A stretch of DNA of 64,000 bases from Candidatus Woesearchaeota archaeon (GTDB taxonomy: Archaea; Nanobdellota; Nanobdellia; Woesearchaeales; ARS49), in contig JAFCDQ010000002.1 of the NCBI GenBank assembly GCA_017609645.1, positions 145,470 to 209,469 of the forward strand, read 5' to 3'. Below, piece after piece: positions 36,234-48,700 of the stretch. How positions within the stretch are numbered: position 1 is the stretch's first letter; each line of letters starts with the position of its first letter. Both the position numbers and the translations under genes were made by a program. Under the pieces are notes generated by a model. That model was given only the letters and a program-made list of their open reading frames with translations, searched no databases and was not told the DNA's origin.

Positions 36234-37068
36234 AATCTTTTAACACATCCCTAACAGTCAGGATGCCCACTACTTTTCTCTTGTCTGTAATCACAACACT
36301 TGAAATATCTGCTTTAACCATAAGATTAATTGCTTGAGCAATAGAAGATTTAGGAGCTAGGTTATACAAAGGAGCAGGTGAAAAAATCGTTGAAATTGAA
36401 GCATTAATCTGGCTAGTTTTCTCGCCCGTACCAAGCAGTTTAAAGCCAGTATGCTGCGCACCAGCAGGCAGCATAAAACCTCTATAACCCCAAACATGAT
36501 ACTTCTTAACCAAATCACCAAGAGTAATCATACCAATAAAATTTTCATTCTTATCAACAACAGGCAAACGATGAAACTTCATTCTGTTAAAAAGTTTAAT
36601 AACTAAACCAATAGGCTCATCATAATTAACAATAACAGGAGTAGAATAAATAGTCTTAACAGGAACACCTTTGTAACTTGTGCTAATATTTTTCAAAACA
36701 TCTAATGCGTGAACAACACCAATAAACTTCTTTTTATCAAGAACAGGCAAAATTTTCACATCTGCAGTAAACATCAACCTAGCAATTTCTTTCAAAGTCG
36801 TGCTGGGTTTTAACTCAGGAACATAAATATTAACTTTTGATTTGGAACGTTTCTTTATAATATTAGAAATTTTCATCTCGTCAGGATTTATCCTGCTTGT
36901 AAGGAAAAATTTTTTAGAAATTACTCCTAAATATTTATCTTTGTCAAAAATAACAGCATGACTTGCCTTATATTTCTTGAATTTTCCTATTAATTTAGAA
37001 AGAGTGTCATCGATATTAGCCTTAACAAATTTCTTGGAAACAAGGTCCATAGCAAGCATAAAATCCAC
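36220..37068 (-). CDS. CBS-domain protein (4 CBS)
   Basis: Repeated LPVVD...GIIT..D units. Confidence 0.88.
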   Translation of the reverse strand: MDFMLAMDLVSKKFVKANIDDTLSKLIGKFKKYKASHAVIFDKDKYLGVISKKFFLTSRINPDEMKISNIIKKRSKSKVNIYVPELKPSTTLKEIARLMFTADVKILPVLDKKKFIGVVHALDVLKNISTSYKGVPVKTIYSTPVIVNYDEPIGLVIKLFNRMKFHRLPVVDKNENFIGMITLGDLVKKYHVWGYRGFMLPAGAQHTGFKLLGTGEKTSQINASISTIFSPAPLYNLAPKSSIAQAINLMVKADISSVVITDKRKVVGILTVRDVLKDYAAA

Positions 37069-37121
37069 CTCTCTTTAGGCTGAAAAATGGCTTTGTTCTT
37101 TTTAAATGTTATGTATAAGAA

Positions 37122-38444
37122 TTACCTCAAATATTTCCTGCCAATACCAATATAATCAAAACCTAAATTATTTAATCTATCAGGATCAAAAATATTTCTG
37201 CCATCAAAAATCACAGGAAGTTTTAGATTATTTTTAATCTCTTCGAAATCAGGAGAACGATAAACAGACCATTCTGTCAAAAGAACCAAAATATCTGCAT
37301 CTTTTAATGCATCATATTTACTCTCACAGTATTGAATTTTCTCACCAAATATTTTCTTAGCATTTTCCATACCTTTAGGATCATTAACCTTAATTTTAGC
37401 TCCATTAGCTAATAAAAAATTAATTACATCAATTGCAGCAGACTCGCGCATATCATCTGTTCTAGGTTTAAATGTGAGGCCCCAAATCGCTGCTGTTTTT
37501 CCAGTAATGCCTCCTTTATCTGCTAAATAATTTTTAATTTCTTCAGCAAGATGAGATTTATGTTCTCTATTAGAAGTATCAATAGAAGAAACAATTCTAG
37601 TGTTAATATTCTTTTGATTAACAGAATGAACTAATCCTCTAATATCTTTAGGAAAACAACTGCCTCCATAACCGACGCTAGGATACATAAATTCCCAGCC
37701 AATACGCCTGTCGGAACAAACACCATTACGAACATTCATAATATCTGCATCAAAACCTACGCAAATCTTAGCAAACTCATTAATTAAAGCAACTTTATTT
37801 GCAAGAAAAGTATTTGCAAAAAGTTTAGTAAGTTCAGCCTCAACAGGCTTCATGAAAATAAGTTTTTTTCTCTTTAAAGAAAAAGGCTCATAAATTTGAG
37901 AAAGAATTTCCTTAGCTTCTTCTGACTCTGTTCCAATAACAATCCTGTCAGGAGATTCAAAATCATCAACAGCCTTGCCTTCTTTTAAAAATTCAGGATT
38001 AGAAACAACAGCAAAATTCTTATTAGAATTTTCATTTAAAATTTTTTTAATTAATTCCATAGTTCCAGGAGGAACCGTACTCTTATTAACAATAACTTTA
38101 AAATCAGAAGTTTCAGAAATCACTTGAGCAACTTCCTTAGCAGCAGTTTTTATGAATTCGAGATTAAACTCACCAGTTTCAGCACTAGGAGTTCCAACAG
38201 CAAGAAAAATAACTTTGCAATCTTTAATCTTATTAATATCAGTTGTAAATTCAATTAATTTATCGTCCTGAGCATCAAGAACAATTTGATTTAAACCAGG
38301 TTCGTAAATAGGAACCTTTCCTTGATTAAGCAAATTAATCTTATCCTGATCTTTATCTACACAAACAACATTATTGCCGACTTTAGCAAACATAGTTCCT
38401 GCCACAAGACCAACATAACCTGTACCAATAACAGCTATCTTCAT
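37122..38444 (-). CDS. ugd: UDP-glucose/GDP-mannose 6-dehydrogenase
   Basis: GTGYVG, KSTVPPGT, NPEFLKEG, GYGGSCFPKD, FKPRTDDMRES. Confidence 0.95.
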   Translation of the reverse strand: MKIAVIGTGYVGLVAGTMFAKVGNNVVCVDKDQDKINLLNQGKVPIYEPGLNQIVLDAQDDKLIEFTTDINKIKDCKVIFLAVGTPSAETGEFNLEFIKTAAKEVAQVISETSDFKVIVNKSTVPPGTMELIKKILNENSNKNFAVVSNPEFLKEGKAVDDFESPDRIVIGTESEEAKEILSQIYEPFSLKRKKLIFMKPVEAELTKLFANTFLANKVALINEFAKICVGFDADIMNVRNGVCSDRRIGWEFMYPSVGYGGSCFPKDIRGLVHSVNQKNINTRIVSSIDTSNREHKSHLAEEIKNYLADKGGITGKTAAIWGLTFKPRTDDMRESAAIDVINFLLANGAKIKVNDPKGMENAKKIFGEKIQYCESKYDALKDADILVLLTEWSVYRSPDFEEIKNNLKLPVIFDGRNIFDPDRLNNLGFDYIGIGRKYLR

Positions 38445-39400
38445 TCTGCAACCTCTTTTTTATACCACTCAACAAACTTCTTCATACCTTCTTCAATAGA
38501 AGTTTTAGGTTCATAGTCTAGTAATCCTTTTGCTTTAGAAATATCAGCAAAAGTAATCTGAACATCACCTTTTTGCATAGGATGCGGTTCGATAATCGCT
38601 TTCTTGCCGACAGCATCTTCAATAACCTTAATGAAATAATTTAATTCAACAGGCGTGTTATTACCTAAATTAATAATTTCAAATTTGAACGGTCTTTCTA
38701 AAGCTTTTATTATACCTTCAACAATATCAGCGATAAAAGTATAATCTCTTTTTGTAGTTCCGTCGCCAAATTTCTTAATTGGCAAACCTTTACTTATCCT
38801 GTCAGTAAATAAATAAGGAGCCATCTCTGGCCTACCACGAGGGCCATAGCACGTAAAAAACCTCAAACAAGTAACATTAATATCACACAAATGACTATAC
38901 GTATAACAGAAAAGTTCACAAGCTTTTTTACTTGCAGCATAAGGAGAAATAGGAAAATCTACAGGATCTTCTTCTCTAAAAGGAATTCTTTGATTATTTC
39001 CATAAACAGAAGAACTAGAAGCAAAAACAAAATTATGCACATCAAACACTTTAGCAAGCTCTAACAAATTTAAAGTGCCAGTAACATTAGTATCTCTATA
39101 CCATAACGGTTTTTCAATTGACGGTCTAACTCCTGCACGAGCTGCTAAATGACAAATCCTTTCAATCTTATGCTCTTTAAAAATCTCTTCTAACTGATCT
39201 TTGTGTTGGATGTCTAAATTAATAAACTCAAAATTCTTGTTATCAAAATTATGCTGAATATTCTTTATTTTACGCATAGGAGAATAATAGTTGTTAAGAT
39301 TATCAACACAAACCACTTTATTGCCAAGAGCTAATAATTTATCACAAACATGACTGCCAATAAAGCCTGCACCGCCTGTGACTAATATTGTTTCCATCAA
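38441..39400 (-). CDS. NAD-dependent epimerase, UDP-glucuronate 4-epimerase-like
   Basis: TGGAGFIG, HLAARAGVR, YAASK, RFFTCYGPRGRP. Confidence 0.92.
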   Translation of the reverse strand: MMETILVTGGAGFIGSHVCDKLLALGNKVVCVDNLNNYYSPMRKIKNIQHNFDNKNFEFINLDIQHKDQLEEIFKEHKIERICHLAARAGVRPSIEKPLWYRDTNVTGTLNLLELAKVFDVHNFVFASSSSVYGNNQRIPFREEDPVDFPISPYAASKKACELFCYTYSHLCDINVTCLRFFTCYGPRGRPEMAPYLFTDRISKGLPIKKFGDGTTKRDYTFIADIVEGIIKALERPFKFEIINLGNNTPVELNYFIKVIEDAVGKKAIIEPHPMQKGDVQITFADISKAKGLLDYEPKTSIEEGMKKFVEWYKKEVAE

Positions 39401-39577
39401 TTAAACCTCATTTTATTTATATAGCAAAGCGAGAATAGGGGCTTTTTATGCTTTATGAATTGGTGTTTTAGATAATAAATTTATCACTAAAACATTATTA
39501 AAAACATATGGCAAAGTATAAATACAAGAAAAGAAAGTTTAAAAAAACAAACAAAAATCACAAAAACAGGGGGAATC

Positions 39578-40429
39578 ATGAAAAAAATCAATCTAACTGT
39601 TGTCATCCCAACATATAATGAGAAAGTAGACATATTACAGGAAACAGTAAATGACTTAATTTATTCTCTAAAAAAATCAAATGTAAGTAAATTTGAAATT
39701 CTAGCAGTAAATGACGGCAGCAAGAAACAATATGATTATTCAAAAATAAAAGGAGCAACAATAATAACACACAAAATCAACAAAGGCTATGGCGCAGGAA
39801 TCAAAACAGGAATAAAAAACTCAAAATATGACTGGATTGCAATAACAGATTCCGACGGCACATATCCAAACAAAGAACTAAACAGACTAACAGAATACTG
39901 CGAAGACTTTGACATTGTCATAGGAAAAAGAGATAGAAAAGGAATACCTTTGTCAAGAAGATTTGCAAAATTCGTGCTGAAAGAAATGGCAAGCTTCTTA
40001 GCAGGAAAATACATACCTGACTTAAATTCAGGATTAAGAGTATTCAAAAAAGAAATATCACTAAAATACTGGAACTTATTCCCGCAAAGATTCTCATTCA
40101 CATCAACACTAACTATGATAGGATTGACAAAAGGATATGATGTAAAGTTCATACCTATACCCTATTACAAAAGAAAAGGAAAATCCTACATAAAACCAAT
40201 TAAAGACACAACAAAATTCTTCAAACTAATCTTTAAATTGGCATTATACTTTAATCCAATAAGATTCTTTATGCCATTATCCATATTTTTCTTGATTTTA
40301 GCAATATTAAGAGGATTAAGAGACTACATAGTAACTGATGGATTTGGAGGATTAACACTTGTTCTTTTCTTCATGGCATTCCAAGTATTCTTCTTTGGAT
40401 TAATAGCTGAGATAATCAGCAAAAAATAA
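39578..40429 (+). CDS. GT2 glycosyltransferase (polyprenol-phosphate sugar transferase-like)
   Basis: VVIPTYNE, NDGS, NKGYG, DSD, DLNSGLR; 2 C-terminal TMs. Confidence 0.92.
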   Translation: MKKINLTVVIPTYNEKVDILQETVNDLIYSLKKSNVSKFEILAVNDGSKKQYDYSKIKGATIITHKINKGYGAGIKTGIKNSKYDWIAITDSDGTYPNKELNRLTEYCEDFDIVIGKRDRKGIPLSRRFAKFVLKEMASFLAGKYIPDLNSGLRVFKKEISLKYWNLFPQRFSFTSTLTMIGLTKGYDVKFIPIPYYKRKGKSYIKPIKDTTKFFKLIFKLALYFNPIRFFMPLSIFFLILAILRGLRDYIVTDGFGGLTLVLFFMAFQVFFFGLIAEIISKK

Positions 40430-40503
40430 AAAAATGAAAATTCAAAAAATCAATTAAAATAGTTTTGAATTTTCAATGTGTCAAATCGGAGATTTGAAAC
40501 CAA

Positions 40504-41229
40504 ATGGAAGAAAGCAATTTTGAACTTTATGATGTTCTGCCAGAGAAATTATGGTGGATAAACATAAGAAATGACATGATTAAAAAACTTCTAAGAAAAT
40601 ACTTAAACAAAAAAGGAAGAATACTAGACCTAGGCTGCGGAACAGGATTTAATTTTTCATCAATAAACAAATTCGGCAAATGCTACGGCCTAGACATCTC
40701 GAAAAGCGCACTAAAACAAGCAAAAAAATTCAATTACAAAAAATTGTATGAAGGAAATGCACTAAAAACACCCTTCAAAGACAATGTTTTTGATGCAGTA
40801 TTATGCATGGATTTAGTCGAACATCTAGAAGAAGATGTTGAACTCTTAAAAGAAGTCAAAAGAATACTAAAACCAAACGGCATCTGCATGTTTACCGTGC
40901 CTGCATACAAATTTCTCTGGAGCAAAGATGATGAACTAGCACATCATATAAGAAGATACACAAAACCACAAATCAGAAAAAAAATCAAAAAAGTAGGATA
41001 TAAAATATTAAAACTAAGCTATAGATATTTCTTTATATTTTTACCAACAATAATGCTTTTCACATATCAAAAATTAAGAAAAAAAGCAAAAAACAGCTTA
41101 GATTACGGCCCAAAAAAAGGAATAGCAAACACAATACTTAAAAAAATAGGTAAAATTGAGAATTATTTCCTGACAAAAATCAACTTTCCATTTGGAGTTG
41201 GAATAATAGGAGTAATAAAAAAAAGATAA
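40504..41229 (+). CDS. class I SAM-dependent methyltransferase
   Basis: LDLGCGTG, DLVEH, HHIRRYT. Confidence 0.9.
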   Translation: MEESNFELYDVLPEKLWWINIRNDMIKKLLRKYLNKKGRILDLGCGTGFNFSSINKFGKCYGLDISKSALKQAKKFNYKKLYEGNALKTPFKDNVFDAVLCMDLVEHLEEDVELLKEVKRILKPNGICMFTVPAYKFLWSKDDELAHHIRRYTKPQIRKKIKKVGYKILKLSYRYFFIFLPTIMLFTYQKLRKKAKNSLDYGPKKGIANTILKKIGKIENYFLTKINFPFGVGIIGVIKKR

Positions 41230-41230
41230 A

Positions 41231-43129
41231 ATGTGCGGAATATGCGGATTTAACTGGGAAGATAAAAAATTAGTCAAGAACATGGCTAAAGTCCTCAATC
41301 ATAGAGGATCAGATGACACAGGACATTATACTGACAAGAATATTTCATTAGGACACAAAAGACTTTCTATACTGGATTTAAGCAAAAAAGGAAAACAACC
41401 AATGACAAATAAGCAAGGAACAACAATAACCTATAATGGAGAAGTATATAACTTCAAAGAAATAAGAGAAATGCTTGAAAAAAAAGGTTATCGCTTTAAA
41501 TCAAACACAGACACAGAAGTAATACTAAACGCATACGAAGAATTTGGAGAAAAATGCCTTGAATTATTCAACGGCATGTTCACATTCTGTATTTATGATA
41601 TGAAAAAGAAAAAATTGTTCGTAGCAAGAGACAGAATAGGAATAAAACCCTTATACTATTATTATGACGGTGAAGATTTTATCTTTGCATCTGAAATAAA
41701 ATCAATACTAGAACATGATATTGAAAGAAAAGTAAACCTGCAAGCAATGAACAACTACATCACACTAAGATATAATTTCAGCACACAAACATTATTTGAC
41801 AAAATAAAAAAACTGCCCGCAGCACACTATATAACATTTGACTTAAAGAAAAAACAATTAGAGCTTAAAGAATACTGGCAGCTGAAATGGAAACCAATCA
41901 AAGCACCTGAAAGATACTTTAAAGAAAAACTTTACAGCTTATTCAAAGAAGCTGTCAGAAAAAGATTGATTTCTGATGTGCCGCTTGGATTATTCTTAAG
42001 CGGAGGAGTTGATTCAGGAAGCATCGCAGCATTAATGAGAGAAATAAAAAAAGAACAAGATGATGGAGAAGAAATAAAAACATTCAGCGTCGGATTTGAA
42101 CAAGGAGAATTTGTCAATGAACTAGAAGAAGCAAAATACATCAGCAACATGTTTGATACAAAACACAGAGAATACATGGTTAAATCATCAATAGCAAAAG
42201 TTCTGCCAAAAATAATATATCATTTAGATGAACCAATAGCAGACCCTGCGCTAATGCCATTATACTTGCTTTCAGAAAAAGCAAAGAAAGAAGTAACAGT
42301 TGTACTGACAGGAGACGGCGGAGATGAAGTATTTGGAGGATATGACCAATACAAATTCTTACTTCTGGGGAAAAAAATATCAAAAATACCATTTGCACAT
42401 ACATTACTGCCGACAGCAATGAGTCTGACGCCAAAAAAAATACTCAACAAATATTACAAATACACTGAATCAATGGGAGAAGAAGGATTGAAGCGGATAA
42501 GTAGATTCTTAAAACATTCAAACAAGAATTCAGCAAGAGCATATTATGAACTAATATCAATATACGACGAAAAAGAAAGAAAAAAAATAATGAAAGAAGA
42601 TAAATTCAGAAGTATAAATTATTTTGAATTAAACAAAGAATATTACAAAACAAAAAGAAATCTGCTCAAAAACATAACATATTTTGACATGAAAAAACTG
42701 CTGCCAAAATGTTATTTGATGAAAACAGACAGAATGACAATGGCTCACTCAATTGAAGCAAGAGTCCCATTGCTAGACCATGAAATAGTAGAATTCGGTT
42801 TTAGAATGCCAAGCAAATACAAAATAAAAAAAGGAAAAACAAAATACATTTTAAGGGAAGCAATGACCAAACACATACCAAGAAACTATCTATACAAGAA
42901 AAAACAAACATTTCACGTGCCAATAGACAACTGGATACAAAATGACCTGAAAGATTATGTTCAACAAGTTCTAAGCAAAGAAAACATTAATAAGCAAGGC
43001 TATTTTAATTATAAATACATAGAAAAAATACACAGAAACTACAAAAAATCACAATTATTTTACGCCAGGCAATTATGGAATCTACTCAATTTCCAACTCT
43101 GGCATGAACAATTCATAGAAAAGAGGTAA
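41231..43129 (+). CDS. asnB: AsnB-family glutamine amidotransferase (copy 1)
   Basis: MCGI, RLSILD, NGEVYN, LSGGVDS, GDGGDE, EARVP. Confidence 0.93.
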   Translation: MCGICGFNWEDKKLVKNMAKVLNHRGSDDTGHYTDKNISLGHKRLSILDLSKKGKQPMTNKQGTTITYNGEVYNFKEIREMLEKKGYRFKSNTDTEVILNAYEEFGEKCLELFNGMFTFCIYDMKKKKLFVARDRIGIKPLYYYYDGEDFIFASEIKSILEHDIERKVNLQAMNNYITLRYNFSTQTLFDKIKKLPAAHYITFDLKKKQLELKEYWQLKWKPIKAPERYFKEKLYSLFKEAVRKRLISDVPLGLFLSGGVDSGSIAALMREIKKEQDDGEEIKTFSVGFEQGEFVNELEEAKYISNMFDTKHREYMVKSSIAKVLPKIIYHLDEPIADPALMPLYLLSEKAKKEVTVVLTGDGGDEVFGGYDQYKFLLLGKKISKIPFAHTLLPTAMSLTPKKILNKYYKYTESMGEEGLKRISRFLKHSNKNSARAYYELISIYDEKERKKIMKEDKFRSINYFELNKEYYKTKRNLLKNITYFDMKKLLPKCYLMKTDRMTMAHSIEARVPLLDHEIVEFGFRMPSKYKIKKGKTKYILREAMTKHIPRNYLYKKKQTFHVPIDNWIQNDLKDYVQQVLSKENINKQGYFNYKYIEKIHRNYKKSQLFYARQLWNLLNFQLWHEQFIEKR

Positions 43130-43132
43130 ATA

Positions 43133-45010
43133 ATGGGTCTTGAAAAATTTGTGAAAGAACATAAAAAAGATTTACTGTTTCTAAGCGGATTAATCATATT
43201 CTTTCTAGTAATGAATATAATGATGACTTCTGAGATGAAACAATTAAATGCTCCCCTATATGGCGGCGACAGATATTACCAACTAGGCTGCATCAATCAT
43301 ATAAGATATGGCGGAGATGATTTTGAAAACTGCAATCTACTAAGCGATAATGCAGGTTATCTGCCATTTTTCGGCATAGTAGAAGCAAAAATAGCCAATC
43401 TTCTCGGAATTGACAATACAATAGAAGCAATGATAATATCATCAAACATAATGATAGTGTTAGCAGTAATTTTCTCTTATCTGCTTTTTAGATTTGTTTC
43501 GAGAAAACCATATCTAGCAGCGATGGGCACTCTGTTGCTTCTTTTTAATTTTAGACCAATATTCAAATACACACAATTCGCAATATACATAATTAATCCT
43601 TTATTTATTTTGGCAGTGTTTTTGTTCTATAAAAAACCAAACATTAAAAGAGCAATATTCATTGGAATAACAGCAGGATTAAACACAATAACACACAGCG
43701 TCTTATTTCCTGCAACATATTTTACAATAGCAGTTTTATTCATATTTCTTCTTTTTGATAAAAAATTCAATTTCAAAACGGATAAAACAAGTTTTATCCA
43801 TAATCTGAAAAAATTAATTCCCTTATTTTTGATAATCGCAATAATAGCAGTTCCATTGTCAATGCTTCACTGGGGAGAACCAATATTCAAACATGGAATG
43901 CAAACCTCGCCACATTATCTAGAATGGAACGGGCCAGGAGATATGTCAAATTTTGGCCTGCAAATCAATATAGCAACAGGAATCATCAAAGGACAATTCT
44001 TCCAATTCACTTCATCAAAAACCGTAATCGCATCAATATTAAGCATTTTTGGAATAATCTTCTTAATCGCACTGAAGAAAAAAACAGACAATATTAAATT
44101 TGTAACATTAATGCTTACAACACTGGCATTAATAACATTCAGTTATTTCATAACAGTTCCATTATTCAACACACACTTTGTTCCAAATTACATGTTTAGT
44201 GTTTTCGGCGCGGCAATAATTACCTGCTTTTTATTAATAAGCTTCAATATATTGATTAACCTCATCACACAAATAAGTCCGCTCAAAATTAGAAAATATA
44301 TATTTATTCTACCTTTAGCAATTATAATTTTATTACTCATAGGCCAAGTAACTGCAGTAGAAAAATATCAAGAAGAATACAAATGGTATGAAGTTGCTAA
44401 ACAACCATTATCTGCAAGCCATTCAAGCATGCGAAATTTCATTTTAGAAAATACTGAAGTGAATGATGTCTTCTTAACATCTAAAGAAGTAGGTTTTGCA
44501 TTAAATGCATTAACAGGAAGAAAATTGCTTGTGGGAAGAAGAGCTCAAAATGATGCATTTGAAAATCTGGATGAACGAGAAATGACCTCCGCAATCATTC
44601 TCTATGGAAAAGATACAGAAATCAAGAAAAAATTAATTGAAAAATACAATATTAAATATTTATACTGGGAGCCTTATTGGATACAATCAGAATATTACTT
44701 TGACAATAAAGGCCAAATAGCAGGATGGTTTGATCCATTAATAGCCTTTGATAATAATGATTATAGAAAAATATTGGAAAAAAACAATGTCAAATTTTCT
44801 ATTAAAAACACTCATGTAGATCCTTCATTAAAATCAGAATATCATCCTACATTTGATTTGATATTTATTACACCAGATAATTACCATAATGCAACACACC
44901 CTTGGAATCCGAACCTAGATGAATTCTTAGAAGAAATATGGACTCATACGCAAAATGGACAGAAAAGTGCAATCATATATAAAATAAAAATAAATAAAAA
45001 TGAAGAATAA
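43133..45010 (+). CDS. multi-pass membrane protein, probable GT-C glycosyltransferase
   Basis: ~11 TMs, acidic first loop (GGDRYY), soluble C-terminal domain; upstream of aglB. Confidence 0.65.
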   Translation: MGLEKFVKEHKKDLLFLSGLIIFFLVMNIMMTSEMKQLNAPLYGGDRYYQLGCINHIRYGGDDFENCNLLSDNAGYLPFFGIVEAKIANLLGIDNTIEAMIISSNIMIVLAVIFSYLLFRFVSRKPYLAAMGTLLLLFNFRPIFKYTQFAIYIINPLFILAVFLFYKKPNIKRAIFIGITAGLNTITHSVLFPATYFTIAVLFIFLLFDKKFNFKTDKTSFIHNLKKLIPLFLIIAIIAVPLSMLHWGEPIFKHGMQTSPHYLEWNGPGDMSNFGLQINIATGIIKGQFFQFTSSKTVIASILSIFGIIFLIALKKKTDNIKFVTLMLTTLALITFSYFITVPLFNTHFVPNYMFSVFGAAIITCFLLISFNILINLITQISPLKIRKYIFILPLAIIILLLIGQVTAVEKYQEEYKWYEVAKQPLSASHSSMRNFILENTEVNDVFLTSKEVGFALNALTGRKLLVGRRAQNDAFENLDEREMTSAIILYGKDTEIKKKLIEKYNIKYLYWEPYWIQSEYYFDNKGQIAGWFDPLIAFDNNDYRKILEKNNVKFSIKNTHVDPSLKSEYHPTFDLIFITPDNYHNATHPWNPNLDEFLEEIWTHTQNGQKSAIIYKIKINKNEE

Positions 45011-45353
45011 AACAATTGCAATATTAATCATAACAGCATGCAGCTTATTAACAGCATTTGGCATGATATTCTGGAAAATAGGTGCTGATAAATTAGCATT
45101 TAACTGGAGTTTACTAACAAATTATCCACTTTGGCTGGGATTTATCTTTTATGCAATAGGAACTCTTCTCTTGATTTTATCATTAAAATACGGCAATTTA
45201 TCGCTAGTGCATCCATTTTTATCATTAGGATTAATATGGGCAGGCATTCTTGCATTTTTTTATTTAGGCGAAACCTTCACAACATTAAAAACAACAGGAA
45301 CTGCCTTAATCATATTAGGAACATTTCTCGTTTACAAAGGTGATAAAACATGA
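45000..45353 (+). CDS. EamA/SMR-type small membrane protein (ArnE/F-like)
   Basis: 4 TMs; LSLVHP; YLGE. Confidence 0.8.
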   Translation: MKNKTIAILIITACSLLTAFGMIFWKIGADKLAFNWSLLTNYPLWLGFIFYAIGTLLLILSLKYGNLSLVHPFLSLGLIWAGILAFFYLGETFTTLKTTGTALIILGTFLVYKGDKT

Positions 45354-45673
45354 ATTATCTGATTCCAATCATCATAATATTCTTCAACTGCATACTAGGA
45401 GCGTTAGGAGCCTTCTTGATGAAAAAAGGAGCTAACAAGAAATTAATCAACTGGCATAATTTTTTAGGAATTTCATTATATGTTATTGGCTCAATAATAT
45501 TTGTCATAACCTTAAAATTCGCTCCAGTAAGCATACTTTATCCAATAACTGGTTCAACATATATATGGAGTTTTATATTAGCTAAAATATATTTAAAAGA
45601 ACACATCACGAAGTATAAGATTTTAGGCCTGAGTATTATAATTTTAGGTATAATTTTCATCACAATCAGCTAA
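45350..45673 (+). CDS. EamA/SMR-type small membrane protein (ArnE/F-like partner)
   Basis: 4 TMs; VSILYP; YLKE; ATGA overlap. Confidence 0.8.
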   Translation: MNYLIPIIIIFFNCILGALGAFLMKKGANKKLINWHNFLGISLYVIGSIIFVITLKFAPVSILYPITGSTYIWSFILAKIYLKEHITKYKILGLSIIILGIIFITIS

Positions 45674-45713
45674 ATGGGAAACATTTTTAAGTCTCGGCAA
45701 GATTTGAAGAAAA

Positions 45714-48700
45714 ATGGATGATACGCCAGAAGAACCCAAAAAAGAGTCTGAAAAAATAGAAATTGACTGGAAAGAAAAATATCTGAAAGCCAAAAAATTC
45801 TCAGTCAAATATGGGATTTTACTTGTTTTATTATTAGTAATAATATTACAGGTCATGCCAAACTCAGAAGGAAAACTCCCTTGGGGAGGCCTGCAGATGC
45901 GAATGCTCACAAAAGAGCTTCCTTCAACAGACAAATGGGCGAAAAGCAATGTAGAAGAATTCTATAAAAATGAAATTAAAAAAGTAGTCGCCAAAGAATA
46001 TCCCAACCTGCCTGACATCAACAAAAAAGAAGTATTAACAGATAAATGGGCAGAATTCCAGAAAAATAATAAAGAAGAAATACAAAAACAAACAGAAGCG
46101 ACAAAAAAAGAACTTCTAAAACATTTTCAATATACTTATGAAGGAAAACAATATCTATATCTTCCTGACATAGACCCTTATTATTATTTTAGAAAAACAA
46201 GAAATTTAATTGAAACAGGAACTCCCTGCGATGAAGTAAAAGACGGCATCCCTTGGGATAATCACATGGCAGCACCATTTGGACAGGCCTGCGGAGGAAA
46301 TTCTCATGCATATGTTTTATTTGGGATATATAAAATCAATAAATTATTTGACAGCAAAATAGACCTTTTACAATCAGCAGCAAAATTCTCGCCAATAATA
46401 ATATTCTTATCAATCATACTTGCTTATTTTATTGGCTTAAAACTTGCAGGAAAGACAGCCGGATTTTTCTCAGCATTAATGATAGGAATACTACCTTCAA
46501 TCTTTACTAGAACTCCTTGGGGTCATGCAGACACAGATGCGTACAATACTTTTTTCCCCTTATTAGCACTGTTCACTTTATTTATGGCATTAGATGCAAA
46601 AAAAATAAAAAATAAAATAATATGGGCAATCATCACAGGCCTTGTATTTGTGGCTTATAGTTATTTCTGGAGCGGATGGTGGTTCATGTTTGATGTTATT
46701 TTAGGAGGCTTAGGTGTTTGGATAATAGTAGAAATTATCAAAGCTTATAAAAAGAAAAATTACAAAAACTTGCCAAAAATAATCGCACCTGTTGCAAGCT
46801 TTTTTTTAACAACATTAATAATAATGAGTTTATTAAAAGGAATTAATTATTTTTTTGGATTTATAACAAATCCGCTTAGCAGAACAGCAATGAAAGATGC
46901 TGCAAAATCAACATTATGGCCAAATGTATTCACAACAGTAGCAGAACTAAACAAAGGAAGCTGGTCAAAAATAATAGCATCTATGGGAGGCAATCTATTA
47001 TTTTTAATTGCGTTAATAGGCGTAGTGCTGGCATTATGGCTAAAAGATGAAAAAGGACAAAGAAACCTTAAACTAGCAGCAATCTTAACATTTTGGTTTA
47101 TCTTCTCAATATATGCCAGCTTTAAAGGTGTAAGATTTATGCTTTTATTAGCGCCTGCATTTGCAATAGCATTTGGAGTAGGCGCAGGTCTAATCACAAA
47201 AAAACTAAGTGAATTTGGTCAGAACAATCTAGGAATAAGCAAAAAAATAGGCGCAATAATATTAATATTACTTTTCGGTGTAATGATAGCAACATCAGGA
47301 ATAGCAAAAAAATCATACAAATCTTCAGTAAATGATATTCCAATAGTCAATGATGCATGGTATAATTCACTCAACTATATCAAAGAAAATTCACAAAAAG
47401 ATGCAATAATAAACAGCTGGTGGGATTATGGCCACCATTTCAAATATTTCGCAGATAGAGCAGTAACCTTTGATGGAGCGAGCCAAAACACTCCAATGGC
47501 GCACTGGATAGGACGTGTTTTAGTAACTGAGGAGGAAGATGAAGCAATAGGCATACTCAGAATGCTTGACTGCGGAAGCAACAAAGCATTTGAAATAATA
47601 GATGAACAATTTAATGACGCACCAAAATCAGTCTCTATATTATACAAAATATTCAAATTAGACAAAGAAGAAGCAAAGCAAGTTCTAGAAGATGAAGGAG
47701 TAGATGCAGAAGAAGTAACAAAATACACTCATTGTGAAGCGCCAGAAAACTTCTTCATAACAAGCGGAGATATGTTAGGAAAAGCAGGAGTTTGGGCTCA
47801 CTTTGGATTATGGGACTTTATGAAAGCAGATATGTGGATGAATATGAGAAAATTAAGTAAGCTTGATTTTGAAAAGAAAGTGATGGAAAAATATCAGTTA
47901 ACAGAAAAAGAAGCAGAAACATACTACAACAAATTGCAAAGCGTAACAGACGAAAAAGAAGCAAACAATTGGATAAGTCCTTGGCCAGGATTTCCAACAA
48001 GACCTGCAAGCTGTTCACGAGAGGAAAACGAATTAAGCTGTGGAAGCGGATTAAAAATAGACTTAAACAAAAATGAAGCATCTGTAGAAACTGCACAAGG
48101 AAAAGGAATTCCTCATTCATTAATTTACTTTGATGCAAACAAAGAAATGGTTGAAATAAAACAAGAAAAATCAAATATGGACTTAAGTGTAATATTAATT
48201 CCAAAATCAAACTTAAATTATAATGCAATATTATTATCAAAAGAATTAGCAAGAAGCATGTTCACAAGATTATACTTCTTAGAAGGACATGGCTTAAAAC
48301 ATTTTGAAAAAGTATACTCTGACAGAGAATTAACACAAGGAGACTTATATGTATGGAAAGTAGACTGGCAAGGCCAGCAAAATAACTTATTAAGCATAAT
48401 GAAACCAAAAACAGAAGTAAAAAAAGGAAATAAAATTGCTATCAATTACATAGGCTGGCTGGAAAATGGCACAATATTTGACTCAAGCATAATAGATTGG
48501 AAAGAAAAAGACATAACAACTGATGCTAATTTTGATGCTTATGAAACAAAACCATTAACTCTTCCAGCAGGAACAGGGCAACTAATAAAAGGATTTGATG
48601 AAGCATTAATTGGAATGAAACCAGGTGAAGAAAAAACAGTCAATATACCTCCTGAAAAAGCATACGGCACAGATCCAGATGCGCATTTTCTAGGAAATAA